This document shows positions 22,685 to 35,500 of a stretch of DNA of 64,000 nucleotides, piece by piece. Made by a program: the position numbers and the translations under genes. The notes under the pieces were generated by a model. The model made no database searches. It saw nothing but the letters and a program-made list of their open reading frames with translations, and was not told the DNA's origin. The first letter of the stretch is position 1; each line of letters opens with the position of its first letter. The stretch is from Catajapyx aquilonaris (lineage: Eukaryota): positions 1 to 64,000 of the forward strand of contig KZ538058.1 of the NCBI GenBank assembly GCA_000934665.2. Reading direction: 5' to 3'.

Positions 22685-24205
22685 CTGCAAAGGCAAGAAA
22701 AGACCACCGCTGAGCCTCCATGTTGACAACTCGACGCGAATCCATTTTAAAACTACACCGCCTCCCACCCAACCCCTCCAACCCGTCCTGCCTAGACGAT
22801 CGACTAGATTGCGAAACCCATTTTAAATTACCCCAGAAAAAGAAATACATTATAGCCCTTATATAATGACCTTGCAGTCTTGACAGTTTGGCCCCTCATT
22901 TTTGGTATGTAGTGGGGGACAGTAAGCCCAGGAGACGGGTTTTTGGGTGGGCAGAGGACGAAGTGAGAGAGGGTAGTAGTCTGAGGGAAATGAGGTCAGC
23001 GTACATGAAAATGTCACAAGGACACGCAGGAATGCCATTCCCGTGTCTTGTCTTCGGGAGCACCTCATAATATTTTTGTGCCTGCATTTTTCGGGGGGTG
23101 GACAAGCCGCAGTCAGGTGTGGAGGGGTTTGTTGCATATCAACCTCGACCTCTTTTTATTTGCCTAATCTCCTCCTAGCCGCCAGATCACGTGAATATTT
23201 TGCCCCTTTACAAAATGGCCACCTTGCTTGGCTGGATTTCCTCAGCGCTTCAACCACCACCCCCTCCTTCTCTCCCCTCCTGAGGACCCCAACAGGAGGT
23301 GGAGGAAGTAGTGGTGGTGGAGGTGGGGGGAACGTCATCACAGCTGGAGGAAGAGTATTTGGGAAGTAGGGGTGGTGTCCGGGAAAGGCAAGAGACTGGG
23401 TGGGTGGGTTTTGGGAGGGTGGTGGGGAAGAGGGGAGACCCCAGCCAGAGCCGAGGCCTAAAATCAATTGTTGCGATGCCCACTTTCCACAGCATCTGCG
23501 TCTCAAACTGGCATCCGTATAACGCCAGGGGAGGGTTGGAGAAGAGTAGGAAAGGAGAGAGAGAGGGGGAGGGAGGTTGGGTGAGAGAGAGAGGGTGGGA
23601 GAGAGAGGGCCGATGCGCCGTGGTTTTAATCAATAGTCAGGGGGAGGGAGAGCGAAAAAATCTCTTTGCTCCGCGGCACAGTTTGCGTGGCACAGGGCAC
23701 GGCGAGTTCAGGGAGGGTGGGGGGGTAGGGGGTGAAAAGCCCTCCCTTTCAAAAAAAAAATGTGCAGGCAGCAGGGATGTCCAACCTGTGATGCGACCAC
23801 CACTACCCGTCGTTGCGGGTACCAGCAATCCTCCATGGTGGTTGATGGCGCCTTGGGCGCCACCGTCCACGTCCTCACCAACAGCATCGACTCCAAGGGT
23901 CGGCAGCACGAGTAGTGTCACTCACGCACTCCCGCACTGGGGTCATCATCATCATCATCCGCACCATCCTGGACCACCTCCACCACCACCACCAACCACC
24001 ACCCGCACCACCAGTCATCTTCCGGGCCACTGTCCCCTTCTCTCTGGGCACCTAAAACCGCGCCGCCTGGCAGGCCGCTGTAGCCACGTCCCGCCGGCTA
24101 GGCAAGCAGCTGGATAATCACGGGGGTGGGGATGTGAGGGGGGGAGACTTCTGGTAGAGAGAGAGAGAGCAGGGGAGGAGCAGAGAGCCGGGGTGGGTGG
24201 GTGGT

Positions 24206-24223
24206 AGAGAGAGAGAGAGAGAG
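24206..24223. repeat. (GA)n microsatellite / GAGA tract (others near 23576-23607, 24157-24168, 38863-38880, 57272-57286)
   Basis: Direct reading. Confidence 0.8.
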
Positions 24224-27200
24224 GGTCGCGTTGCCCTTACCTGGCCTGCGTGCCTATCACAGCAACCTCCTCCCCAAAACTCTCCCCCACCAACTCCCTT
24301 TGCGGAACCAGGCCTGACTACTCTCAAGCCCCCCTCATCTCTACACCATTGCGAAGGTCGGCCAACTCCAAGTGCCAAACTGTCCAACTGATTCACACTA
24401 CGCCCCGATATGCAAATCCCCCCCAACAACAACACAACAGTGACCTCTTTCAGGAAGCGCTCCGACTATCCCAGCTTATCGCACTTATCAGCAAAAGTTG
24501 GCGAACTCACTGACTGCCAGATGAAAACTGTACGATCGCCATGTATAAAAATGTCCACAGTGTGCATAGCTATGACACAGGTGGTGGACCCCGGTCAGGG
24601 AGGGGAGAGAAGAAAAAAAACCTGTTTCCCTGGAGCGCACAATGTCTGATAACGTTGTCACATATAAGCAGAGGCCAAGCACAGCATGTGTGCTGGGTGT
24701 AAAAAAGAGGCCGCGTGGCAACCCTGCCAGACGGACAACACTGGCCTGGGGGTCTATTCCAGTTTCGACAGCTCTGCAACATTGCCGAGCGGTAGCCTTC
24801 TCTCTTCTTTTTTTTCCCACCCTTTTCTTCTCCTTCTCCACCCCTCCTATTCTTTCGCCGATGCACAGTTGGGAACCTCCGTGAGAGAGCCCCGATCTAC
24901 CCCCCCGGGTCAACCCCTCCGTAAGAACAAATAACGCCGACCTAAAAATAAATCGCGCACTGCCACCGCGACCTACGCTAAAAATTACCTGACAACAAGG
25001 AGAGCAAAAATTAATATGTAATGAAACTTGCTACTTTGATACGAACAATTTTTTTCCCCCCTTTCCCCAGCCTTATCTGGAAAACTGCAGCCAATTGCGC
25101 ATGCGGTTTTTTTAAACGTACAATCTGCGTAATGTGTCGTGCAAGAATCTCTCATTCATCCGATCCGGCAACGCTGCTGGTAACACCACCCGTGATCCGA
25201 CCGTGAATAGGGGCGGCCACATCCACATAACGATCCCAAAAGGGATGGGAATGACTGCCCCTGTTTTACACGGGCGCCGCTTATCAACAATTACAATGTA
25301 ATTGGCGAAACAAACTAATTCAGGTGCCTGATGGGTCAATACGCACGTACCGGAGAATTTTTGCCTATATACCAGGGCATCGTACGGTAATCCGCGTTTC
25401 GTGCAAAATACGAGTTAATACGGGCTCAGTGAAATCCGTGTTGAGATGGGTCTTCTTTTTTCTCTCTCTTCGCCAAGTGAAAGCGACCGGGAGAGAAAAG
25501 CCTTAGGGCATGTAACGTAAGGGAGTGTGCAAAAAAAAAAAAAAATTGCGGCACGTGATGAAGTGACCTTCCCGCGGATTCATTAACCTCTTGAAAACTG
25601 CCTTATCCTGCGTAGTGTCTACCTAACCAACCCCCCCACCCTTGGGTCCAAAGTGACAGTCATTAGTTCTGCCGGTTGCATCTGTCTGCACCGAGGTCGT
25701 TACGGTGAAACGGTGGAAAGTTATTAGGTTATGAATTAGCTTTTGGGAACTCGCCTTGTTTCGCAAGCCTGCAATTTTCTGCAAATAATCCCTTTTCCTT
25801 TCACGCCTCGTAACTCTTAAAAACCAAGTCGTCTTATTTTATAGTCATCCGCGTGTACGCAATGCACTATTCCAATCCGAGCGACCTTGCCTGGGTTGGT
25901 CACTACTATAGCAGACCTTATAATTCAGGGATGATAAACACGAGGGGAAACTAATTCCATCCCCGGGGGCACGCGCCATTAAACTTTATGGCACTTTATT
26001 ACGGGCACCGATACCCTTTTGCCCAGCTCCCAAAAATCTTCCGACCTTATTCCGCTGCGTCATCTTCGAAGGAAATACCCGGCCCAGGAAGGGAGCACCC
26101 CTCAAGAAAAAGAAAAATCGGTACTAAATACATGCTACCGGTTTTGTAAACTGGAACTACCCTACGTGGCAAGTAAACAATTCTTTTAAGGCCTCCGTGA
26201 CCCAATTTTTGCGACTTTTTCTTCCCCCACCCGCAGCACACTCATTCATATAGAAGTTTTGCCTCCTTTTTTTTACACCGTTTGTCACATAAAAATTGCA
26301 CTGTAGGGTGACCCACATCGAGGGCTTCTTCCAGGCAAAGTTGTGCCACCTTCCGGTCGTCTAGTTACGTCAGCGCGGCGGTGGGCGTCACACATCTGCC
26401 ACATTAACAATCCAGGCAGAAATAGTGCACAAATCTGCCTTTATTAGTACAGGGAGCGACACCCACCTTCTTCCGCGATTATACTTTACTTTTTAAAAAG
26501 TGGGTGCTTGTGCGTAATGACTGACATGTTTCTTCTCTAATTCGGGTGCTGTTGCCCACGCAGTTACTAAGTGCCTGTTGATCCCCCCCTATGATGAGAA
26601 CACATCTCAAGGACGCCTCCCTTTTTTCCACCTCCCCTCCCCTCAATGCACGGGGGGGTTACCAGCTACTAAGCACACAACGGAAGGGGCACCAATGAAA
26701 GAATAAGAGACCGAAAACACCAGGTGCTTCCCACAGTGTGCCCCTTCCATCTTTTTTTCTCTCTCTACCTCCCCCCATTTTTACCTATGGCCACGTTGCC
26801 CCCTCCTCTCCTGGCATTCCCTTCCTACGCTACATATTCATGGCCGTCGCTTTTGATCTGCACAACGGCTTGTGTGTCAGTCTGAGCACTAGATACAAAT
26901 TCATGTGAATGAGCATCCATTCGGACGCTGCAGCCTCCCGTGAAAGTGGATGTAATAAAATATCACCTGCCTTGCACTGCAGGGAAATGAGCTTTGGAAA
27001 TAAATTATTTTTAGCAACCACCCGCCGTATAAACACAAGGTGCGCGCCTCTTAAATGTTCTCCAGGCACTTTTAGCGTGTATTTCCAAGCCAAACTCGAT
27101 GGTTTCGATTCGGCTTGCACTACGTGTACCTGCTATACCGCGTACAAGTACCGTTTCATCATTCTTTGAACATACTCGGTGCGGCAACCAGGCCGTAGTT

Positions 27201-29527
27201 TGTTAGTTTTTTTTTTAATGCGCCGCTAATTTCGCGGTTATGTCACATGCGGCATGACCTCACATCGCTGATCCCAATTATTGCCCCCAAGTGCACAGTG
27301 TTGGACCGTGTGATTAAAACCCGCCCAGACAGGGCACAATGAAGAGTCGCGACTGAGAATAATAAGAACGGGCCATTTCCACCAACGGGAATGTGACGGT
27401 GCTCTCTCACCCTCTTAGAAAGCTTCACCACATAACAACCATTCTATTTTTACACTTAGGCCTCAAGCATAAAAGAATGTTTCCCTCCGATCTATTTTCC
27501 TCGTTGCAACGAATGCTTTTCCTCCGTACACGTCGTTTGTGGTCAAAAGGCACGAAAGGACGTGGGAGGGTGATGGGTCGTGTGTGTCTGCTTCGGGGGC
27601 CAAACTGTTCTGCCACTTGACAAATAAGTGACAAACACATTATGCTAGTCATTTCCATTATCGACTCGATGTCGCCGTGTGTCGCTGTCGCCTGTAATCC
27701 TCTCCACATGACTGCTGTGTGTATCATCGTAATCAAGCGTTTCGTCGAGCCACAATTACCCGAATTATCTAGTTCTGACAGTTTGCTACTGTACAAGTCT
27801 GCTTTGTATACTGCACAGTATATCCTTGAACTAAGAAATTCCTCTTCTAGTCTATAAGAATCGTGTGGATCAGGCACTGCCTCGACTGCATCAAAATAAG
27901 TTCAACTTCATTTATGCCCCGTTATTACTGCATCACTGTTGCAACCCTGCAGATATCTGATACGCGACGATTCTATTGTTCCCAAAGCGTGTTCCTAACA
28001 ATCACTGCAGATACCGATAAGAAGTTTATTATTGTTAGAAACATTATCGGTTACAAAGGGCGAACCCAGCGCATATCACATATCTGCAGTGGCGCAAAGT
28101 GCCGCCTCGACAACTTACCCGACCACCTAAAAACCGTGCCTCCAACAATTCTTGTTTTCTGGGGTCCAGTGCCTGCAAATTCTCCATCTTGATACCAGCG
28201 ATGGCACCTGGAAACAACAAAAAAACAACGCTGTTAATTCAGGGATTACAAACATGCTTTTTCAGTAAACGAGAGGGGACAGGCTATTCTATACGGAGCA
28301 CACAAATCGATAACAACTCGGACGCCTCTGAATGAAGTTTTTATGTGGCCGGGTTGCGCCAACATTACAATGGGCGAGTTAATTTTAAACGCCTAGACCT
28401 GCCGCAGTTGACAACACGGTTAGCCCCCTCGAATAACACGGCGTGAAAGCAAACATGGCCGCGATCAGCGAGGGAAGGACTGGGGGACTACACACTCCCG
28501 AAATAGACGTAATCCACGACATCTAGAGACGGGCAGGGGCAACAACATCCGATTCCCAAATCCCCCGGACATCCCAGCACAAGAATGCAGTCGAGTCTGG
28601 AAATCAATGGGCTCTCTCGCAGGCAGGCAGCAGGCAAAGGGGGGGATGGAAGCTGGGGTGTGGGTGGGAAGCCCCGATGTCGGCCTTGTCTGAAAATCCA
28701 CGGGGGCCTTATCGTGATGAGATGATGACCAGACAGACCTCTCCTTACACTTTATTGCCTCCGGAGCGCTTTAATAACTCACTCGTCACTGCCATTGCGA
28801 TTCCTTTCCCCCCGGTCCGTATCTCCCTGGCAGTTTCCAGCGCCCCTCATCATCATCTCTGACGTCTGCTCTGGGGGGATCGCTCAAATACAACCCGATG
28901 TCTCGCTCCAGCCAGGGGGGTTATAAAATTGGTGCAAAACGGTCCGCGACTCTTTATCCCTGCCCTGATACGATACCCACAAAGCAGGCCACACTTGACA
29001 CCGTAATGAAAGAGAAGGTATATAAATAAAAAATGAGGGGGGCCGGTTGGAATTACTATTTGTTTCCAAGGCAACGCGGACGTCATCCAATACTGGCCAC
29101 TACCGCGACCTCTCCTCAATTTTTCCCTATTGCAATCCCCCCTGTCATGGGTGAGGCGATTTCCCTCTCCCCCCTCCCCTCCCCCATCACCACCCCCTCT
29201 TATTCCCTTCGCATCCCTTAGTCCCGCCAGGCCAATCTCCCCACCCACCCTTCCCCCACTCTCTTCCTGCCGCTACTCACATCCCCACGCAATCCCTCCC
29301 CACCGCACTTTCCTTCACACTGGCAACGTCGCCGTGTGTAAACACTGCCACCAGGCGGTGACTGCCCCTTAGAGTTATGCTGACTTATTGTCCACCCCCC
29401 TCTATAGTTTTTTTTTTTTCGTTGACCCAAATTTTAAGTGCGCAATATGGGGCGAACTATCAGATCGGTCACGTCGAGACAAGGAGGTGGGGGATGGGAG
29501 GGGAAGGTGGGGAAGAGTGGGTGGGTG

Positions 29528-29545
29528 CAGCAGCAGCAGCAGCAG
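29528..29545 (+). repeat. (CAG)6 trinucleotide repeat, apparently non-coding
   Basis: cagcagcagcagcagcag read directly. Confidence 0.8.
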
Positions 29546-32500
29546 AGGCAGCAGCCAGCAAGCACCCTTTTGGCTGCCTGGGGACAAATCGATACGGGAC
29601 CCCAATTAGCTATGCCGAAACCTCAAGGCGCAATCCACCACATCCACCATATCTCCCCCCTCGCTTTCTACATAGCCCACCCAACCCCCACTTTCTGATA
29701 TCTACCCACCCTCAGTATGCACGACATCAACCCCACAATCATGCACTTCAAAAAATATTCCCGATCAGTACAAAAAATCTGGTCGGCCATGTTGAGCCGG
29801 ACTCTCCAGCAGGCCTCCCCTCAAAATATCGTCTTTATTCAGTTCACGTGACGAACATCCGCATAAATGTTGGCTGCCCTGACTGGCGCAGAGAAGGGTG
29901 GTGGGTATGTGGGGGGGTTGCGCGGGGGGGGNGGGGGGCCTGGCAGGGGTGGGTGAGGTACCCCGGATGAAAATCCCGATTCCCAACAAAAATGTGCGGA
30001 AAAGCAGGGATGGCAGTGGGGGAGAACTAGACCCACCAAAAAAACCGTATTAGCCGAAACGGTCACGTGCTTCGGGTGCCAACTGTTGCAAAGGTAGCCT
30101 ACTCGACTAGCAGATCGAAGCTGGGGGTAAATGAATCGTGGGCAGTTTCACCTTTGACCTTACAGCTCTCGGGACACTCCCGGACACTCGCCACAAAAAT
30201 ATCGCACTGGGTTGGGATCCCCAGACCGGTCCCAGACAACACCTCCCTTTATTGAATTATAAACAAAATTACAGCCGATTCATGACTCATATGAATGGCA
30301 TTACCTCACTTGCACGGTTGCCACATCTGCCCGCCCACATGTGTAGGTATTCAGCGCAAAAATGAACTGTAGGAATAACGAATGGCCGGGTTCTTCATTA
30401 CTGTATTTCGTTCCGGCGCGTTTGCATTAGCAAGAGTCATCGCGCTGCTTTTCCCTCAGCCTTTGTTTTTCTCGTGTAAATGAAGTCGGGCTTATTTAGG
30501 TGCCGGCTCATTGTTTGCTAATATGACAGTCCGGCATGATTCAAACAGTAATTTTTACCTTCTCGCCTGTCACGCTGCGTTCGTATCGCGGACTTGCCAG
30601 CACAGGGCCCATTCCAGCGGGTATAAATTTACATCACTTGTTGCTTTCACATTATTTAACTACAGCTACAGTAAAACCTTATGGCGGAAAGCTCTGTAAA
30701 ACAAGCCGGTTACATCGTGTAAAGACGCAAAATTACCGTATTTGATGGCATATAAGATCAGTAGATCATGTTCAGGATAATTGTTTTTGGTGTATTTTCA
30801 CATATAAGATTTTTTGATCAATTTGGGGGAAAGTGCGTGTCATATGGCCGTCAAATACGATTGGGCGGAAAATTGTATTGTTGTCGTACACAGCGGAAAA
30901 TTCCCGTACATTACGCATTTAGGCAACATAATATGTGTGTCCTACTAAACTATCACATGCGATTATCGCATCGATACGCAACACCGCGGAAATCATTTTA
31001 TCGGGCCGCATCGCATCGCATCAGTCCGACCGCTAAGGGGGACTTTCCTCTTGTCCAATCAATGCCCCGTAATTCTCACCCTGCCTGATAATGCGATAAA
31101 ACCGCACCCAATTTGCAACCTCCCAATCACAACTGAGGGGGGGTGCTTCTTTGCAATCGGGGTTATCCTGAAAGTGGCTACAACCCGGCAATCCGGGTAT
31201 GCTCGCCGGGAAGCCCGCCCGCCAGGATCAAGCCAGTAGATTAATATCCCAGGGAAGGCTGGCTTTCGCAAGGGGGAATGCATGGGGTTGGTTGAGTGAG
31301 TGGGGAGGAGGGCAGGCTCCCTCGATTTCACTTCCTCTCAGTCTACTACCCACCCCCCACAACAGAACCGTGAGCAAAACATGGCCGCTTGAGGCCTCCC
31401 GTGTGTCGATGCCTCCTCGATTATCTCCGCCAGCTCCAACCGATACGTACGAACGTACCTATTTCCGGCAGGCTCCACACTAGACACTTGGCCATTGGTG
31501 CTACGAATATGTCTCCGCCGCTACTAGTCCCGCTGACAAAAACCCCCCCTTTTGCTAAAAGAGAGGGGGAAGGCGGTGTGGGAAAGGAGAAAAAGGGGAG
31601 GGAGGGGGGGGGATGTGAAATAGGATGGTATGGTTGGGGAAAAGGGGGGACAGTGCACGGAGGGAAAAACGGTGGTGCTGGCCTCTGAGGCTGTTCCAGT
31701 GAATTACTAGAGCTACTCGGGAGGATCAACCATTTGGTTTCGGTAGAGAGGAGAGAGAAAAGAGAGGGGAGGTAGATAGCACGGGGAGGTGGTGGTGGTG
31801 GGGGGGTCACCCACCCCCACCCTTTGGCGACTGGGGGGTGTGTTCTTAAACTGCCAACATCGCTGCCAGCTCGCGCCTCTCGGAAGGGATTATGAGGTCA
31901 CAGCATATTGCGATTTGGCATTTGGATATTTTCCTAATCCCTCTTCTGCTCCGGCCCTACGGGGTTGGAAAACGAGGGTTAATGTTTGTGTGTCAGTGTG
32001 CCAAATGCAACACTTGTGTTGGGGGGAGGATCGCTCATTTTCCGTTGTGCCACTACTACTTGGGAGGAACAGCTCCACAAGGTTTATGGCTCTTGATCGC
32101 CTGTTACGACTCATTGTTGATTTTATAGTTGGCTGTTAAAGTGATTGATAGGATATGCTGAATAATCATCGCACTTGGGTTACGTCGTGATCAATTTTCG
32201 CACCCGGGCTTTCTGCACCGCTTATTACAAATCCCTCTTTATGCCCACTATTAGGCAAGAAACCCCTGCTGTTGCTATGCCGCCTGCTTCATCCCCATAT
32301 AATTAGAGATGTTTATTACGTAACCACAGGCTGCAGTTCACCACTGCTGGATCGGGAAAAAATTAAAAATACGCAGTGCACTTGGGGAGGATGCTAAGCT
32401 TCCAATCCTGGGCTGACGAGAGGTATGTCAACATGGAGAGAGAAAAGGAGGTGGTGGTAGGGGGGTTGGGGAGGTGATGGTATACACCGTGGGGGAGGGG

Positions 32501-35500
32501 TGGTTGGGTGAGGGGGGTGAAGTGGTGGGGTGGGTGCTCCGGCAAAGTCGATACGCTCACCATTGCCCTGCCGACCGGGAAGTTTTGGGGGAGACTGGCC
32601 TGGGCCTCCGCCCCTCGTCCAAAACCACTGCATAGCGTTATCCCCCCACACACACACCAACCTCCCAACCTCCCCCTACAAAACCCACCCTCAAATGTGA
32701 CGTCACCACACACTTTGGCCACGTTCGGGGGATACAGGCATCTAGGGTGGCGCTACCAACTGCTGCGACTCTGCAAAATTCCGACAATCCGATGTTGACT
32801 CAAAAGGTTGAAGGACTGCGTGCCACGGTCACACCAGAGTGACTCGACGGGTCCCGCACAATAACCCAAATAACTGTTATCAGGACTGCGAGAGACCTGG
32901 GCTGGCCAAGTTCACGGGTCTGTTGCACCACTAATTTTATAGCAATGACTGCCTGGCAAGGTCTGCCTATTAAACAAATGGTTTCTAATTCTGACGTGTT
33001 CCGAGATTACCAGGCCACTATCGATAATCCATAGCTGTTCTATTTTTGGCATCAGAATTTAATCCGGAAGGGACTCACCTGAGGATTCCATCAGAAATCC
33101 CCAAAAACTATGCACCTGATTCCGACAGGGATTACCACGACGAAATCATCCCAACATGCGTCTGTCCCACTTCATATACGCGTCACTACCCTGAACAAAT
33201 TTTGCGTGCCGTGAATTCTATTGCATTCCAAAAGTCAACAATTACAGCAAGAGATCCTGTTCTTCAAAACATTGGCACCACTGCTAGTCAGTCACACGGG
33301 AGTGACAGCTATCGATAACTGACTCAGGATTGAGCGGAAACTCTGATCCGATAAGGAATTTGTGTTTGATACCCGCTGATGACTTATAATGTACTTGTGT
33401 GTCGTGTAATGTCAACTTGTTCAGTGTGCAACATTTTCGACAATTCCCATCACGTGTCCACTATGTCAATTTCCATGTAAATAAAAAAGCATTCAATTGT
33501 AACCATATCTTCCGCATTATGTACAAGGTCAGTGGTTAATTGTGCCGGAAAATGCTAAAATAACGCGAAGTCCGTCTTTAAAAAAAATATATTTCGTTAT
33601 CATACCGGAAAATCAGCCGCTGCAATCACGAAATAATTTTCCGTCAACATTAAAGCGTTTAAAGCATCGCCTTTAAAAACACCGGGAAAATTTTTTAAAG
33701 TCCGGCTATATATTTTTCCAAACTGGCCCACCAAAACAAGCGCCGCATCCCGATCGTCATCTATTCGGTTTCCCGCATCAGGGAGTGCCCCGGCAGCTCT
33801 GCGCTCCCGGAATACCTGCATACAGAAGCGGTTACGTCGTTGCCAACCTTCCAAGGTCACGACACACTTCCTGTTCCACAGAGGATGGAAGCTCCCGGAC
33901 CCAGTCGGCATTGTCCAAAAAAAAGAGAGGAGGAGACCCTCTCTACTCATCGACAATGTTATTCTTTTTAAGTGATATTCCAGTTCGGAAATGGTCCATT
34001 CGGGAAGTGCTCCCTCGTGGCGGTACGGCCCAGAGTTTAAAGGGAAGGCTGGGAGGGTTGAGCAGTGGGGGTTGAGTTGGGGGGTGATGCGCCGTACCGT
34101 ATCCCTACCCTATCCACATGGTCGCACGCGCGCTTTTCCACCCCTCCCCAGCTCTACCCCCTGCGTTGCCACGTGGTGTGGCCGGGAGTATGAATCGGGT
34201 TTGTTGGAGAAGTAGGCGGGGCTTATCTGCCAGGGACTGGCTGGCTGGCAGACCGGCTCGACGCGGCGGGGCTGGGATGGGATGGTGGGGGGGCGGAATG
34301 AAAACAGGGTTGAGGGCGCCCGACCGGGAGCTGCAGTCTGGCAGTGCGCTGGGAACGCACGGGAAGGCAGGAAGGCTCCGTGCAGCTCTCCTGGCTCAAG
34401 GACTTCCAAGTGGCGGTCGGAACGCAGTGATTTCAGTGATTGTGACGCGGACGGGTGCGGGTGAGTGTATCGCGATACGCAGTGTACAGACCAGCAACAG
34501 TGTAATTTTAGACGTTAGCTACACACTACAGTGTCACTCTGTACTACCTGTGACAAGTCTGTTCCAAATGGTGCGAGGTGACACAAGCACACACACACAA
34601 AAAAAACCATATGTAAACACTATGGCGGATGGCGATTTTCCAAGTTGATGTCGCGTACTATTGGTTCCCCGGGTCTCATTTGACGTCACAGACTGGCAGC
34701 AGTGCCATAATGATGTTGACGGCGACAGATGCGACACGCTCTAAATTTATAACCACCGCTTCCCTATTGTGGATCCACACACCCTGCACAGCTTCGATTC
34801 GCAATAAATCACCATGTGGAAACATATAACTGCCCGAGTGTGTTATTGCAAACCCCCTCTCACTCCACCCCCCCCCCCCCCCCNTTCACCCCATTACTCG
34901 CCTTTGCAGCCGCCATGTCAGCGATTTGCAAAAACTGATCTCATGTGGCGGATCAGTGGTCATGTTTGTCACGCCGTGTTCCTCCAGGGGGTCGGAAACA
35001 AGTGCGCGCGCAACCCTCCCAGTGTTGATTTCCCCTCGGCCGTTAAGCGGTCACCGAGCCGATAGGCTTCCCAATCAATAATCCGCTGACCAATTACCAC
35101 ACCCCCCACTGTCGCAACGGTCTAGCCTGAAAAACAACGAAAAAATTCTTTTCCTCCGCTCCTATCATGTGCGACACACACGGCAACATCGCCAGTTTTG
35201 CTCTCTCCCATTCATGGCCAGAAATGGAGTCTCTCATTTCACCTCACCCCGGGAATGACGTCACTCGGATATTGATTTACCCCGATGTGGGCTCCCGGTT
35301 TTAAAATCGGCTTATTTAAACGACTCCCGTTCCGATCGAGGTGTAAGCGGACGGGTTGGACTTTAATTTGCCAACCAGGTTTGCGAGGGGCAATGACAAA
35401 AAAAACTAGGTTGGGTCACTACCTGTTGTGCAGCAGCAGAGTTGCACGGCCATTTAAAGCAGGCTGTCTTATCCGTACTCCAACAAGTCCGCCATCACCG

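Noticed and set aside
23299..24117. 272-aa plus-strand ORF with poly-His/poly-Pro
   Set aside because: GTG start; stop-poor G/C-rich simple-repeat DNA; no recognisable domain or splice structure.
29377..29970. 197-aa ORF with poly-Ala
   Set aside because: Product of a CAG repeat and G/C runs; contains an N; no domain.
29932..34884. Ambiguous N bases at 29932 and 34884
   Set aside because: Assembly uncertainty inside G/C homopolymers, not biology.
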